Positions 10,184 through 20,599 of a stretch of DNA of 64,000 nt are shown here, in pieces. The stretch lies in contig JBCCDA010000005.1 in NCBI GenBank assembly GCA_039033215.1, forward strand, positions 3,670-67,669, given 5' to 3'. Position 1 is the first letter of the stretch. The number at the start of each line of letters is the position of its first letter. The DNA comes from Pseudomonadota bacterium (lineage in GTDB: Bacteria; Pseudomonadota; Alphaproteobacteria; Rhodobacterales; Rhodobacteraceae). The notes under the pieces are model-generated. The model searched no databases, had not been told where the DNA came from, and was given only the letters and a program-made list of their open reading frames with translations. The position numbers and the translations under genes are program-made.

Positions 10184-11029
10184 ATGCCCTTCAGCCCCGT
10201 GATCCGCGCACCTGCCCTTCTCACGGCGCTAGCGTTGCTCGGCGGTTGCGCCCTCGGCACGGCGGATCCGGCAGCCGGGACCGGCGGCCAAGGTCTTTTC
10301 CGGACAGACCGCACACCGGCCGATGCGCCGTACACGAGCGCGGACCTCGTTCGAAACTTCAGCCGTATCGCCTTCGGGGTGGAGCCTGCGATCAACAAGG
10401 GCAGCACGCAGTCGGATTTCCTGCGCCGCTGGCAAAGCCCCGTGCGCTGGCGCTTGCATGCCCGGGATCCCGCCGAACTTGCTGCAGACGAGGATCTGAG
10501 TGCGACGGCGACCCGCATCGCGGCCGCGACCGGTCACGACATCGCCCCCGCCGCCCCGGGCACAGCGGCAAATCTGGATATCTGGTTGCTGGCGCAGGGC
10601 GACTTTCCCGCCGCCCTGGACTGGGCCCGGTTGAGCCGCCCCGGGCGCAACAGAGCCAGCCTGATCCGGGACTTTCGGGTGAGCGGCCTTCCCTGCTTCA
10701 GCCAGTTCAGCTATCGGGTACGCCCGGGCGTTGACCTTCCGCGCGGGACAATCACCTATGCGCTGGTGCTCGTTCGCAAGGGCATGGATCGTCTCTACCG
10801 CCAGTCCTGCTTCGAGGAGGAACTGGCCCAGGTCATCGGACTCACCAACGACGATAACCGGGTGCGCCCGTCGATCTTCAACGACGACGAGGAGTTCGTT
10901 CTTCTGACCTCCCACGACGAGGCCCTGCTCAGTCTGCTCTACCACCCAAGCCTTCGCCCCGGCATGGCACCGGACGAGGCGCTGCCCATCATCGAGGCGC
11001 TGCTCGCTGGCAAGGACACCTGGCCATGA
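10184..11029 (+). CDS. DUF2927 lipoprotein 2
   Basis: Lipobox LLGGC; CFEEELAQVIGL; RPSIFNDDEEF. Confidence 0.85.
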   Translation: MPFSPVIRAPALLTALALLGGCALGTADPAAGTGGQGLFRTDRTPADAPYTSADLVRNFSRIAFGVEPAINKGSTQSDFLRRWQSPVRWRLHARDPAELAADEDLSATATRIAAATGHDIAPAAPGTAANLDIWLLAQGDFPAALDWARLSRPGRNRASLIRDFRVSGLPCFSQFSYRVRPGVDLPRGTITYALVLVRKGMDRLYRQSCFEEELAQVIGLTNDDNRVRPSIFNDDEEFVLLTSHDEALLSLLYHPSLRPGMAPDEALPIIEALLAGKDTWP

Positions 11030-11865
11030 GGGCGTTGATGCTGGTCGCTCTGCTCGCGCTCGCGGGGTGTGCGCCGACCATGACCGGTGAGGACTGGCGC
11101 GCCTGGGAGCGCCAGACGATCAGCAACGGCAACCTGCGTACGGACCGCGATCCCGTCGATGCGCCCTACACCAATCGCGACCTGCTGCGCCATTTCGATC
11201 TGATCGCCTTCGGGGTCGAACCCGATATCAACGATGGGCGCACCCGGCTTGACCGCGTCGAGCGATGGGAAGAACCCATTCGCTGGTGGCTCTTCGCCAA
11301 TGGCGCGGAGCAGGGCGCTGCCCGCCGCGAAGTGAACGAGACCTTCGCCCGCATAGCGACGGCGACCGGCCTCGACATTGCCGAGGCGTCTTCGGCGGAC
11401 ATCTCCAACATCGATATCTGGTTCCTTGGCCCCGACGACTATGACCCTGCCAAGTCCTGGGCACGCCAGGTGCTCGGCGCCGAGGAGGAAGACCTGATCG
11501 AGAGCTTCCGGACGTTTGGCAACATCCCCTGCATGGGCCGAATCCTGACCCGTTCGGTGCCCGGCGAGGGCGGACCCGCGGGCGCCCACCTCTATGCCCT
11601 GATCCTGATCCGCACGGGGTTCAGCGACCTCTTTCGTCTGAGCTGCATCGAGGAAGAACTGGTGCAGGCCACCGGGCTCGGCAATGACGACGACAGCGTT
11701 CGCCCCTCTATCTTCAACGATGACGAGGAGTTCGCGCTGCTGACCCGGCACGACGAATGGCTGCTCCGGCTGCTTTACCATCCGCGCCTGCAGGCGGGCA
11801 TGCCCTACGAGCGGGCAATCCTGGTCGCCCAAGAGGCGCTGGAGGAGATGAGGCCCGGGCAATGA
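11026..11865 (+). CDS. DUF2927 lipoprotein 3
   Basis: Lipobox LAGC; CIEEELVQATGL; RPSIFNDDEEF; ATGA overlap. Confidence 0.85.
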   Translation: MRALMLVALLALAGCAPTMTGEDWRAWERQTISNGNLRTDRDPVDAPYTNRDLLRHFDLIAFGVEPDINDGRTRLDRVERWEEPIRWWLFANGAEQGAARREVNETFARIATATGLDIAEASSADISNIDIWFLGPDDYDPAKSWARQVLGAEEEDLIESFRTFGNIPCMGRILTRSVPGEGGPAGAHLYALILIRTGFSDLFRLSCIEEELVQATGLGNDDDSVRPSIFNDDEEFALLTRHDEWLLRLLYHPRLQAGMPYERAILVAQEALEEMRPGQ

Positions 11866-12755
11866 GGGCTCTTGGCGTAGCGGGTATGCTTCTTCTCGCG
11901 GGCTGCGCCAGCAATCCCGGGTTTCCCGATAGTGATTATTGGCGCGTGCAGGCAGCGTTGTTGCAGGACAACGGACTGCTCCGCTCCGAACGTGCGCCGG
12001 CCGATGCGCCCTTCAACAACGCGGATATCGCCGAGGCCTTCCGCCGGATCATGTTCTACGACGAATACGCGCTGGAAGACGGGCGCTTCGTAGAGCGCCA
12101 GGTGCCCAGGCTGTTGGAGAAGTTCGAGGGCCCGGTGACGGTCAGCCTGCAGGGCAACGCAATCCGCCCGACGGACCGGCGCCAGTTGGGGACTATGCTC
12201 GCACGGTTGCGCCGTGCCACCGGCCTGCAGATCACAGAGACGCCCGAGCTTGACGAGGCCAGCGTCATCGTGAGCATGCTGGATGCCGTTGGGCGGCGCG
12301 GCCTTGCTGACGCGTTGTCGACGAAACCCACCTGGCAAGGCGTCGCCGATGAGTTGCGCGGGGACTTGGGTGGTGCGGTCTGCGTGGCCTACTCGCTGAC
12401 GAACGATACCGACGCAGGCGGCCTGCGCTATCTGATCGTCATTCCGGACGAGCTGCGCGGACTGATGCGGCAGAGCTGTATCGAAGAGGAGATCGGCCAG
12501 GCCTTCGGTCCATCGGCCGATTGGGATGGCGCTCGCCCCTCGGTCTTCAACGACGACGAGGAGTTCGCGCTGCTGACCGAGCATGACGAGTGGTTGCTGC
12601 GGATCCTCTACGACGCCCGCCTGCGCCCGGGGATGACAGAAGCCGAGGGGATGCCGATTGCCCGGCGCATCCTCGCCGAGCTGCGCCCGGACGGTGCCGG
12701 CCCCGTCAAGCGACTCAGCGATCGGAGACGTGAAACCGACGACACAATGCAGTAG
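11862..12755 (+). CDS. DUF2927 lipoprotein 4
   Basis: Lipobox LAGC; CIEEEIGQAFGP; RPSVFNDDEEF; ATGA overlap at 11862-11865. Confidence 0.85.
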   Translation: MRALGVAGMLLLAGCASNPGFPDSDYWRVQAALLQDNGLLRSERAPADAPFNNADIAEAFRRIMFYDEYALEDGRFVERQVPRLLEKFEGPVTVSLQGNAIRPTDRRQLGTMLARLRRATGLQITETPELDEASVIVSMLDAVGRRGLADALSTKPTWQGVADELRGDLGGAVCVAYSLTNDTDAGGLRYLIVIPDELRGLMRQSCIEEEIGQAFGPSADWDGARPSVFNDDEEFALLTEHDEWLLRILYDARLRPGMTEAEGMPIARRILAELRPDGAGPVKRLSDRRRETDDTMQ

Positions 12756-12806
12756 GGTACTCGCAACGACCCCGAGAGGTCGCGCGAAGACAACGGAGTA
12801 AAGTAC

Positions 12807-13922
12807 ATGATCTGGGACATGATCCGCGGTGAGTTGATCGATGTCATCGACTGGACCGATGACAGCCGCGATACGCTGGTCTGGCGCTTCCAGCGCCGCG
12901 ACAACGCCATCAAGTACGGTGCGAAACTGACGGTCCGCGAGGGCCAGGCAGCAGTGTTCGTCCATGAAGGCCAGCTGGCGGACGTGTTCCAGCCCGGGCT
13001 CTACCAGCTCGAGACGAACAACATGCCGATCATGACGACGCTCCAGCACTGGGACCACGGGTTCTCCAGCCCCTTTAAGTCCGAGATCTACTTCGTCTCG
13101 ACCAGGCGGTTCCAGGATCTCAAATGGGGCACCAAGAACCCGATCATGATGCGCGACCCCGAGTTCGGGCCCGTGCGCATGCGGGCCTTCGGGACCTACA
13201 CGATCAAGGTCAAGGATCCAGGGCTGTTCCTGCAGGAGGTTGTGGGCACCGATGGCGAGTTCACGATCGACGAGGTGCAGTTTCAGCTGCGCAATGTGAT
13301 CGTCTCGCGGTTCTCAAACGCGCTGGCGTCCTCGGGCATCCCGGTGCTGGACCTTGCGGCCAACACCGACCAGATGGCCGAGTATCTCAAGAACCGCGTG
13401 GCGCCCGAAATTGCGCAGTACGGGATCGAGATCCCCACCCTGTTCGTCGAGAATGTCTCACTGCCCGAGGAGGTCGAGAAGGCAATGGACCGGCGCACCT
13501 CCATGGGCGTGATCGGCGATCTGGGAAAGTACGCGCAGTTCCAGGCTGCAGAATCCATGCGTGCCGCGGCCGAGAACCCCGGCCAGGGCGGCGCGATGGG
13601 CGCAGGCCTCGGCGCCGGCATGGGGTTTGGGATGATGGCGAACATGGCGCAGGCGAGCCCCTGGGGTCAGCCCCAGGCGGCGCCCGCAGCGCCGCCCCCA
13701 CCGCCAGCCGAGACCGTCTATCATGTGGCTGAGGCGGGACAGACCAAGGGGCCGTTCAGCCTTGCCGATCTTGGCCGGATGGTGACCGATGGCTCGCTGA
13801 CCCGTGAGACGCTGGTGTGGGCACCGGGCTTCGAGGGCTGGACTGGCGCGGGCGAGGTCGACGCCCTGGCACGCCTCTTCACGGTGGCCCCGCCGCCCCC
13901 GCCGCCGCCAACACCGGGTTGA
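12807..13922 (+). CDS. SPFH/band-7 (YdjI-like) protein with C-terminal GYF_2-like domain
   Basis: LTVREGQAAVFV, KWGTKNPI, RAFGTY; Pro-rich linkers around GQTKGPFS..L..G.LTRETLVW.PG..GW. Confidence 0.85.
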   Translation: MIWDMIRGELIDVIDWTDDSRDTLVWRFQRRDNAIKYGAKLTVREGQAAVFVHEGQLADVFQPGLYQLETNNMPIMTTLQHWDHGFSSPFKSEIYFVSTRRFQDLKWGTKNPIMMRDPEFGPVRMRAFGTYTIKVKDPGLFLQEVVGTDGEFTIDEVQFQLRNVIVSRFSNALASSGIPVLDLAANTDQMAEYLKNRVAPEIAQYGIEIPTLFVENVSLPEEVEKAMDRRTSMGVIGDLGKYAQFQAAESMRAAAENPGQGGAMGAGLGAGMGFGMMANMAQASPWGQPQAAPAAPPPPPAETVYHVAEAGQTKGPFSLADLGRMVTDGSLTRETLVWAPGFEGWTGAGEVDALARLFTVAPPPPPPPTPG

Positions 13923-14025
13923 TCGGCCTTCGGCACGCAGGGTTCTGCGTGTCTTAGCCGTTCACGACTTCTCCATCCTGTCTTCGTAGGTTCCCGCCTC
14001 AGTCTAGTTGATCGGGAGCGTTTGC

Positions 14026-15468
14026 ATGGACCAGGTCCAGACAGGCATTCAGGTGCTGGAATCGACGGCGTTGAGTCTCTCGCTCGTCGACAAGGTTTGG
14101 CTTGGCATGTCGATCGCCCTGATCGGGTTGATGCAATTGGGGTTCCTGATGGTTGAGAGCGGGGCGACCCGTCCTGGCGCAGCCGTCAACATCGCCGCCA
14201 AGAACCTGCTCGATCTTGCGATCGCTCTGACCGCTTTCTGGTGCGTGGGGTCAATCCTGATGTTCGGCCCATCGTTTGCGGGAACCTTTGGGTTTGGCGT
14301 GTTCCTGCCAGAGGTACCGCAACCGGACAGCGATGCGCTCCTCGCCCTGATCTTTCAAACCATGTTCTGCGCCACGGCAATCACGATCATCTCGGGCGCG
14401 GTCGCCGAACGCTGTCACCTCGGCATGTATTTGGCCATCTCTACGGTCATGGCGCTGTTGATCTACCCGGTGTTCGGCCACATGACCTGGGGCAACGTGT
14501 TCCTGGGGGACAACCTGCCCCTCCTGGCCGAGTGGGGCTTCATGGACTTCGCGGGCTCGACGGTCGTGCACGCGACCGGCGCATGGGTGGCGCTTGCGGT
14601 CGTGTTGGCCCTCGGCCCCCGGCACGACAGGTTCGACGAAGCCGGGGTACCGCGACACATGGAACTGTCCAATCCCGTTCTCAGCGCCGCAGGTGGTGTG
14701 TGCATGCTGATCGGCTGGGTCGGGTTCAACGGTGGCTCGCTGATGGCGGTCGATGAGACCCTCGGCGATGTGCTCTCCAACACGTTCCTCGCCGCCGGCG
14801 CCGGTCTCATCGCCGGGGTTGCGTACTCCTTTGTCCGTGACGGTGCGCGGCTCCCGGTGTCGCGGATCGTGAACGGCATGCTGGGCGGGCTGGTGGCGGT
14901 CACCGCCGGATGCAACCTGTTTGATTCCTCCGCTTCAATCGCTGTCGGGATGCTCGGCGGCCTGGTTGCCCACGTCTCGAACGACATCCTGCTGCACAAG
15001 TTCCGCGTGGACGATGTCGTCGGTGCAATAGGGGTGCACGGCTTTGCAGGCGTCGCTGGGACACTGGTCCTGCCGCTCCTGGTGCCTGCATCGGCGCTCG
15101 CAACGGGTAGCCTTGGTTCACAGTTGGCTGTGCAGGCGACGGGCGTTCTGCTGAATCTGGCGTGGGCGTTTACACTTGCCTTCGCCGCTGTCTGGTTGTT
15201 GCGCCAGTTCCTTCCCGCGCGCATCTCGATCGAGGATGAACGCATCGGAATTGACCGTGTGCGCCACGGTGTTCGCCCGGCACCCTCGGCCCTAAGCAGG
15301 GTCCTGGACGAGATGATCAATGCCGAGACCACGGACCCAGACGATGTCCGCTCCGTGCCGCACGCATCGAACGAGATCGACCAGCTCAAGGCCTTGATGC
15401 TTAGTGTGCGCACAGAAGCGCTGAACGACGCCCGTGCCCGCGTCCAGGCACTACGCCGCCAAAACTAA
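14026..15468 (+). CDS. Ammonium transporter (Amt family) with C-terminal extension
   Basis: ISGAVAER, DFAGSTVVH, GWVGFNGGS, DDVVGAIGVHG (twin His retained). Confidence 0.9.
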   Translation: MDQVQTGIQVLESTALSLSLVDKVWLGMSIALIGLMQLGFLMVESGATRPGAAVNIAAKNLLDLAIALTAFWCVGSILMFGPSFAGTFGFGVFLPEVPQPDSDALLALIFQTMFCATAITIISGAVAERCHLGMYLAISTVMALLIYPVFGHMTWGNVFLGDNLPLLAEWGFMDFAGSTVVHATGAWVALAVVLALGPRHDRFDEAGVPRHMELSNPVLSAAGGVCMLIGWVGFNGGSLMAVDETLGDVLSNTFLAAGAGLIAGVAYSFVRDGARLPVSRIVNGMLGGLVAVTAGCNLFDSSASIAVGMLGGLVAHVSNDILLHKFRVDDVVGAIGVHGFAGVAGTLVLPLLVPASALATGSLGSQLAVQATGVLLNLAWAFTLAFAAVWLLRQFLPARISIEDERIGIDRVRHGVRPAPSALSRVLDEMINAETTDPDDVRSVPHASNEIDQLKALMLSVRTEALNDARARVQALRRQN

Positions 15469-15476
15469 CCCGGGGG

Positions 15477-16343
15477 TCAGACCTTGGCGTTGATCTCGAT
15501 GACGTTCATCGCCGGGTCCATCGTGTAGATCTGGTGCATGCCCGGCATCGCGTAGACGCCCGCGTCGTCATACGGCCAGCCCCCGGCATCCATCCGCGAC
15601 ATGACGGCCGCCAGATCTGACACCATCAACGCCGGGTGCCCGCCGATCGAGGGGTTTACGGTGAAACCATTGCGCGTGCCGAAGAGCGGGTCAGGTCTGA
15701 TCAGATGCAGGCCCCGGTTCCCCTCGCCCAGCGGGAAGATCGTGAGGTCCTCAGGATCGATGGAGAAATCGCCCTCGGTCCCGCCCCTGTCCCAGGTTCC
15801 CTCCGCCATCCCGGCGATCTCGCTGAAGAAAGCAGCGGACTCGCGCACATCCAGCGCTGCCAGGTTCACATGGTGGATGCCCCAATCCCAGGATGCCTCC
15901 CAGGGCTGCACGCCCGCCGGGATCACCTCATCCACCACCTGATTGAACTCGACGACATTCCACGAGGGATCATAGACATAGATCTGGTGGACACCCCGCA
16001 TGGCATAGACCCCGGCATCCGAGTAGGGGATCGACGCACGGTCCAGCGCGCTGGCCACCCTGTTCAGATCCTCCACCTGGATCGCGACATGCCCGCCAAG
16101 CGTCGGATTGTGCAGGAACCCATTGTCCTTCGGGAAGGTCGCAATCGGCTTGACCGCATGGATGCCACGGTTGTCCGTGCCGTAATAGGCAATGGTATCG
16201 CGTGCGTGGTGGACCTCGCCCATCGTGGCAGCGTCAGGGTAAGTCCACTGCCCCTCGTTGAGGCCCAGCAGATCCCCCAGGAAATGTCGCGTCTTCCCGA
16301 CATCGGGCGAACAGATGTTGACGTGGTGAATGGCCCAGCGCAT
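15477..16343 (-). CDS. Tandem VOC/glyoxalase-domain protein
   Basis: Two repeats of W.IHHVN...GGH.A...YAM.G.HQIY..DP..NV.E.N. Confidence 0.85.
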   Translation of the reverse strand: MRWAIHHVNICSPDVGKTRHFLGDLLGLNEGQWTYPDAATMGEVHHARDTIAYYGTDNRGIHAVKPIATFPKDNGFLHNPTLGGHVAIQVEDLNRVASALDRASIPYSDAGVYAMRGVHQIYVYDPSWNVVEFNQVVDEVIPAGVQPWEASWDWGIHHVNLAALDVRESAAFFSEIAGMAEGTWDRGGTEGDFSIDPEDLTIFPLGEGNRGLHLIRPDPLFGTRNGFTVNPSIGGHPALMVSDLAAVMSRMDAGGWPYDDAGVYAMPGMHQIYTMDPAMNVIEINAKV

Positions 16344-16384
16344 CGCAGACTCCCTGTTTTGCTCAGAGACTAGGAACCAAGCAC

Positions 16385-16609
16385 GTGGCCCACAAGCATA
16401 CAGTCACCGACTCGGTCGAAGCGCCTGGCGGACAGGTCTGCGTCGACATCTTCCGCCGTCCCGATGGCACATGGGGGTTCGAGGAATACCGCCGCGATCC
16501 CGAAGACCCGCACGGCTGGCGCCAGATCGGCTACCACGACCACCAGGTGTTTGCAGACGAGGCCGCGGCGCGCGCCAGTGCGGCCGCCTCATTGGGCTGG
16601 TTCAGCTAA
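16385..16609 (+). CDS. Small hypothetical protein
   Basis: 74 aa, CVDIFRRPDGTWGFEEYRRDPED..GW; AGGA upstream; divergent from VOC gene. Confidence 0.6.
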   Translation: MAHKHTVTDSVEAPGGQVCVDIFRRPDGTWGFEEYRRDPEDPHGWRQIGYHDHQVFADEAAARASAAASLGWFS

Positions 16610-16736
16610 GCACGCCTGATCCGCGGCCCCACGACGATCGCGTCGCAACCAAAGGGACAAGAGGCCAGGCCCCTGCCCCGGCAAACACCGCGCTTCACCC
16701 GGCACTGCCCATGTGTTCAGCGCCCGTCGCGGTGCG

Positions 16737-18212
16737 CTACCACCAGCGCGCAGGCTTCGCGTCGAACCCCGCCCTGTCCTCAAGAGCCTTCGCAGCGGCC
16801 AAGAGATCGGCCTCACCCCAGGGCTGACCGATGAGTTGCAGCCCCAACGGCAGCCCGTTCGCGCTCAACCCGATCGGTACCGAAATCCCCGGCAGCCCGG
16901 CCAGGTTGACGGTGACCGTATAGACATCCTGCAGATACATCGACAGCGGGTCCGACACCTCGCCCAGCCCAAAGCCCGGCTCGGGCGTTGTCGGCGTCAG
17001 GATCGCATCGCATGCCGCCCAGGCGTCCTCGAAGTCCTTCAGGATCAGGCGCCGCACCTTCTGGGCCCGCAGATAGTAGGCATCATAGTATCCGGCCGAA
17101 AGCACATAGGTCCCGATCAGCACCCGCCGCTTGACCTCCGGGCCAAACCCTTCGGCGCGGGATTTCTCGTACATGTCGACGATACCGTCGCCCTGGCCCA
17201 GCGTGGCCCGGTGCCCGTAGCGCACACCGTCGTACCGCGCGAGGTTCGAGGACGCCTCGGCCGGCGCGATGATGTAGTAGGCCGGCAGCGCGTACTTCGT
17301 GTGGGGCAGGCTGATGTCCACGATCTCGGCACCCGCGTCGCGCAGCATGGCGATGCCGTCCTGCCAGAAACGCTCGGTCTCTTCGGGGCAGCCCTCACGA
17401 TATTCCTTTGGAATGCCGATGCGTTTTCCCGCAACGCCCTGATCCAGCGCAGCCTCGAAGTCGGGAAGCGGCAGGTCGGCGGACGTCGAATCCTTCGGGT
17501 CGTGCCCCGCCATACCCCCCAGCAGGATTGCCGCATCCTGCACGGTCTTGGTCATTGGTCCCGCCTGATCCAGCGAGGAGGCAAACGCCACGATCCCCCA
17601 GCGCGAGCAGCGCCCGTAGGTCGGCTTCAGACCCACGGTGCCGGTCAGCGCGGCGGGCTGGCGAATCGACCCGCCGGTATCGGTGCCGAGCGCTGCCAGC
17701 GCCAGATCGGCCGCCACCGCGGCGGAGGACCCGCCCGAGGACCCGCCCGGCGTGATCTCTGCCGTGTCATTGCCGCGCCGCCAGGGGCTGACCGCGGGGC
17801 CATAGCACGACGTCTCGGTCGACGAGCCCATCGCGAACTCGTCCATCGACGTCTTGCAGGCCATGACCGCGCCCTTCGCCCACAGGTTGGCCGTCACCGT
17901 CGATTCGTAGCGCGGCACGAACCCACCCAGGATGTTCGACGCCGCCTGGCTCGCCACCCCTTCCGTGCAGAAGAGGTCCTTGACCGCGATCGGAATGCCG
18001 AGGAGGTCATGTTCCTCCCCTGCCGCCCGGCGCCGGTCGGCGTCCGCCGCCATCTCGCGCGCTTTGTCCGCCACCTCGTGGCAGGTCGCATTCAGTGCAC
18101 CCGCCGCCGCGACGGCCTCCAGGCAGGCCTCGGTCAGATCGGCCGAGGTGATGTCACCCGCCCGCAGCCGGTCGCGCGCCTCGGCAATCGTCAACGTGTT
18201 CAGCTTGGACAT
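16737..18212 (-). CDS. gatA: Asp/Glu-tRNA amidotransferase subunit A
   Basis: Amidase signature [20 protein letters not shown]; [13 protein letters not shown]. Confidence 0.97.
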   Translation of the reverse strand: MSKLNTLTIAEARDRLRAGDITSADLTEACLEAVAAAGALNATCHEVADKAREMAADADRRRAAGEEHDLLGIPIAVKDLFCTEGVASQAASNILGGFVPRYESTVTANLWAKGAVMACKTSMDEFAMGSSTETSCYGPAVSPWRRGNDTAEITPGGSSGGSSAAVAADLALAALGTDTGGSIRQPAALTGTVGLKPTYGRCSRWGIVAFASSLDQAGPMTKTVQDAAILLGGMAGHDPKDSTSADLPLPDFEAALDQGVAGKRIGIPKEYREGCPEETERFWQDGIAMLRDAGAEIVDISLPHTKYALPAYYIIAPAEASSNLARYDGVRYGHRATLGQGDGIVDMYEKSRAEGFGPEVKRRVLIGTYVLSAGYYDAYYLRAQKVRRLILKDFEDAWAACDAILTPTTPEPGFGLGEVSDPLSMYLQDVYTVTVNLAGLPGISVPIGLSANGLPLGLQLIGQPWGEADLLAAAKALEDRAGFDAKPARWW

Positions 18213-18449
18213 GGCGGCCCCGTGTGGTGGCAGACCGCTGATGCGGCCAACCGGGGCGGTGTAGCGTCAAGGCGGGCGTGGTTTCAAGCGCCGTTGGCCG
18301 CGTGTGCCACGCCTAGGGCAATCCTCTCGGGCCCCACGTCACGCATTGCCGCATGTACGCCTCGGGATGTCTTTGGGGATCCCGCATTTTCTGAGGAAAT
18401 CGCGGCGCCTCGCACCAACCGTCCTCACGCCGTCATGTCGCGGTCCGTC

Positions 18450-18737
18450 CTACTCGACGACCTTGGGCACCGCAAAGAACCCCTCGCGCGTATCCGGCGC
18501 GTTCGCCAGCACATCGTCCTGGCAGTCCCCGTCCGTCACCGCGTCCTCGCGCATCTTCAGCGCCATCGGCGTGACCGAGGTCATGGGCTCCACGCCATCG
18601 ACATCCACCTCGCCCAGCTGCTCGACCCAATCCAGGATCGAGTTCAGCTCGGACGCCAGCGGCGCAACCTCATGGTCCTCCACGGCAATGCGGGCAAGCC
18701 GGGCGACCCGGCGGACGGTGTCTTCATCAACGGACAT
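18450..18737 (-). CDS. gatC: Asp/Glu-tRNA amidotransferase subunit C
   Basis: [17 protein letters not shown]...[15 protein letters not shown]. Confidence 0.95.
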   Translation of the reverse strand: MSVDEDTVRRVARLARIAVEDHEVAPLASELNSILDWVEQLGEVDVDGVEPMTSVTPMALKMREDAVTDGDCQDDVLANAPDTREGFFAVPKVVE

Positions 18738-18825
18738 GCAAGATTTCCTCTGGCAGTTCGCCACCGGGCTAGCGCCAACCCGCGCGGGATGCAATGCCCC
18801 TACGTCCTGGTGCAGCCCCCGGACC

Positions 18826-19143
18826 TCAGGCCCAGGCCACTGCCGTCCCGACCACGATCAGCACCGCGCCCACCACCTCCTTGGGGCTGAAGCTCTCGCC
18901 GAACAGCCACCATGAGGCGACCGCGATCATGATGCACTCCGCCCCCAGGATACCGACATAGATCAGGCCCAGTCGTTCGGTCCGCAGCGCCTCGATCTCC
19001 AGGCCCACGCCGACGATGACGGCGGCGACCGTGACCGCGACGATCAATGGGGTCACCCCCTGCCCCCAGAACTTCATGGCGACCATCGCGATCGAGTAGC
19101 ACCCGGCCGAGGCCAGGATGAACAAGGGCATCGAGAGCGTCAT
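18826..19143 (-). CDS. SMR/DMT-like 4-TM small membrane protein
   Basis: 105 aa, four hydrophobic segments, [20 protein letters not shown]; RBS GGAGGAG. Confidence 0.7.
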   Translation of the reverse strand: MTLSMPLFILASAGCYSIAMVAMKFWGQGVTPLIVAVTVAAVIVGVGLEIEALRTERLGLIYVGILGAECIMIAVASWWLFGESFSPKEVVGAVLIVVGTAVAWA

Positions 19144-19385
19144 GGCAATCTCCTCCGCAGATCGGCTGATGATAGGGCAGAACCACGGCGCGGACTGTGA
19201 GGCCTGTTACACCCGGCCCCGCGTCTGCCCACTGGCCGTCTGGGATCTCTCTCGATCTACACCGCATATTCAATTTGATAGAAGTTTGAGAGAAATCCTC
19301 ATCGCCCGGATATCTCCCGCGGGGAGAGATCTACATCTGCCAGGCTATCGCAAGCAGATCTCTCGCGGGCGCGCTTGGACGGGGA

Positions 19386-19592
19386 TCAGGACGGCTTGTT
19401 GGGCTCGAGGTTCCACGAGGTGTCGTAGATGACCTTGGCCTTCGCCTCATCGGCGACGTTGGCATCCAGTTCAGGCATCGCCTGGAAATCGAAGCTGGTC
19501 CCGTGGAAGTTCCGGAAATGCGGCCCGCCCGAGATCTCGTCGAGGCTCTCGTCGCTGATGGCATTCGGGGTCGTCTGCGCTTGCTTGGTCAT
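19386..19592 (-). CDS. Small peptide with double-glycine-type leader (P1, 68 aa)
   Basis: MTKQAQTTPNAISDESLDEISGG|PHFRNFHGTSF...; RBS GGAGGAG 7 nt upstream. Confidence 0.75.
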   Translation of the reverse strand: MTKQAQTTPNAISDESLDEISGGPHFRNFHGTSFDFQAMPELDANVADEAKAKVIYDTSWNLEPNKPS

Positions 19593-19624
19593 GATCTGTC
19601 TCCTCCATCTGATCTGATGAGCAT

Positions 19625-19668
19625 AGACTAGCTGGCCCGCCAACCGGCGACTGTACCAGATGCTACAT
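19625..19668 (-). promoter_or_regulatory. Palindromic operator plus -10-like hexamer upstream of P1
   Basis: Minus strand ATGTAGCATCTGGTACAG (19651-19668); 22 nt after the TAC comes TAGTCT (19625-19630). Confidence 0.7.
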
Positions 19669-19721
19669 GTCAGAAAGAACTTTTGGAAAACCGGTTGCGA
19701 CCTTCTGCGAGCGCAGCGAGC

Positions 19722-19841
19722 GCGCCCGACCCTCCCCCCGGGAGGGCGCATGGCCATGCCGCACGCATCTTACACGGTGCGGATGCTTTGAAGTCCGCAC
19801 TCAGACCCGGCATCTCACAGCGCCCACCCAGGGTCGGGCGC
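19722..19841. repeat. ~120-bp element with nested terminal inverted repeats (REP/MITE-like)
   Basis: GCGCCCGACCCT (19722-19733) / AGGGTCGGGCGC (19830-19841) perfect IR; inner GGGAGGGCGC / GCGCCCACCC IR with one mismatch. Confidence 0.6.
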
Positions 19842-19906
19842 TTTAACTGGGACAACGAACTACGCTCGGAATTGACGACCACCTCCTTCGTCATCAAGCT
19901 GTAGCA

Positions 19907-20599
19907 ATGGAAAATGTGCCGGACCTTGCTGATGTTCGAACTTCACATCAAGAGTGCCTAGACCTTCTGGGTCGGATTAAGTTTAATCAACGATATCTGG
20001 GGCACGTACTTCCGATAACCTACTTCGCGTCGATGCTTGAGCTGACAGACTCGGCAATTATTTTGCTGGAAAGAGATAAACTCTTCGACATCTATCCGAT
20101 TATGAGGGTTATTCAGGAACTTTCCGTGGATTTGCAGAACTTAGCGAACGATGAAGGTTACTTTCGATGCTTACTTCTAGATCATGAACAGAACTGGAAG
20201 AAGCTGCTCCAGCAAGCCCAAAGCGGCAATCCATATCTCTCGTCACTCAGAGAGGCTTATGAGTTGAATGATCTAATCGCAGCTAGAAGTTCCGAAATTA
20301 GAAAGATCAGGGGGGAAGGAGGTAGCTTTCTTACGGTCGAAGAAAAGTTTAGGCGCGCCGGCAGAATCGCAGAGTACAAGTCTGTCTACAGATACCAGTC
20401 GATGTACGCGCACACCTCTCTTCAATCATCAATAAGCCGCCATATGGTTGAGATTGGCAGTGAGATTGAATTCTCAATGTATAAAGCCCCAGAAATCAGT
20501 TCCAAAGATACAATAAGAGGCAGCCTGGATGAATTCATGAAGCTATCAAAGGCTGCAATCGAAGAAATATTTGAAGTTAAGATCACCCATCCATCTTAA
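19907..20599 (+). CDS. Low-GC hypothetical protein, DUF5677-like
   Basis: Markedly AT-richer than neighbours; R...E motif and [12 protein letters not shown] motif; convergent and overlapping with lepA. Confidence 0.65.
   Translation: MENVPDLADVRTSHQECLDLLGRIKFNQRYLGHVLPITYFASMLELTDSAIILLERDKLFDIYPIMRVIQELSVDLQNLANDEGYFRCLLLDHEQNWKKLLQQAQSGNPYLSSLREAYELNDLIAARSSEIRKIRGEGGSFLTVEEKFRRAGRIAEYKSVYRYQSMYAHTSLQSSISRHMVEIGSEIEFSMYKAPEISSKDTIRGSLDEFMKLSKAAIEEIFEVKITHPS

Noticed and set aside
16713-18890. Long antisense ORFs (also 41713-44082, 37599-39389, 53062-54948, 60484-62328)
   Set aside because: Shadow frames opposite well-conserved genes, expected at high GC
19144-19385. Guanidine riboswitch upstream of the SMR-like gene
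   Set aside because: No paired ACGR hairpins or other ykkC-type hallmarks seen; the stem near 19310-19370 more likely ends the P1 transcript
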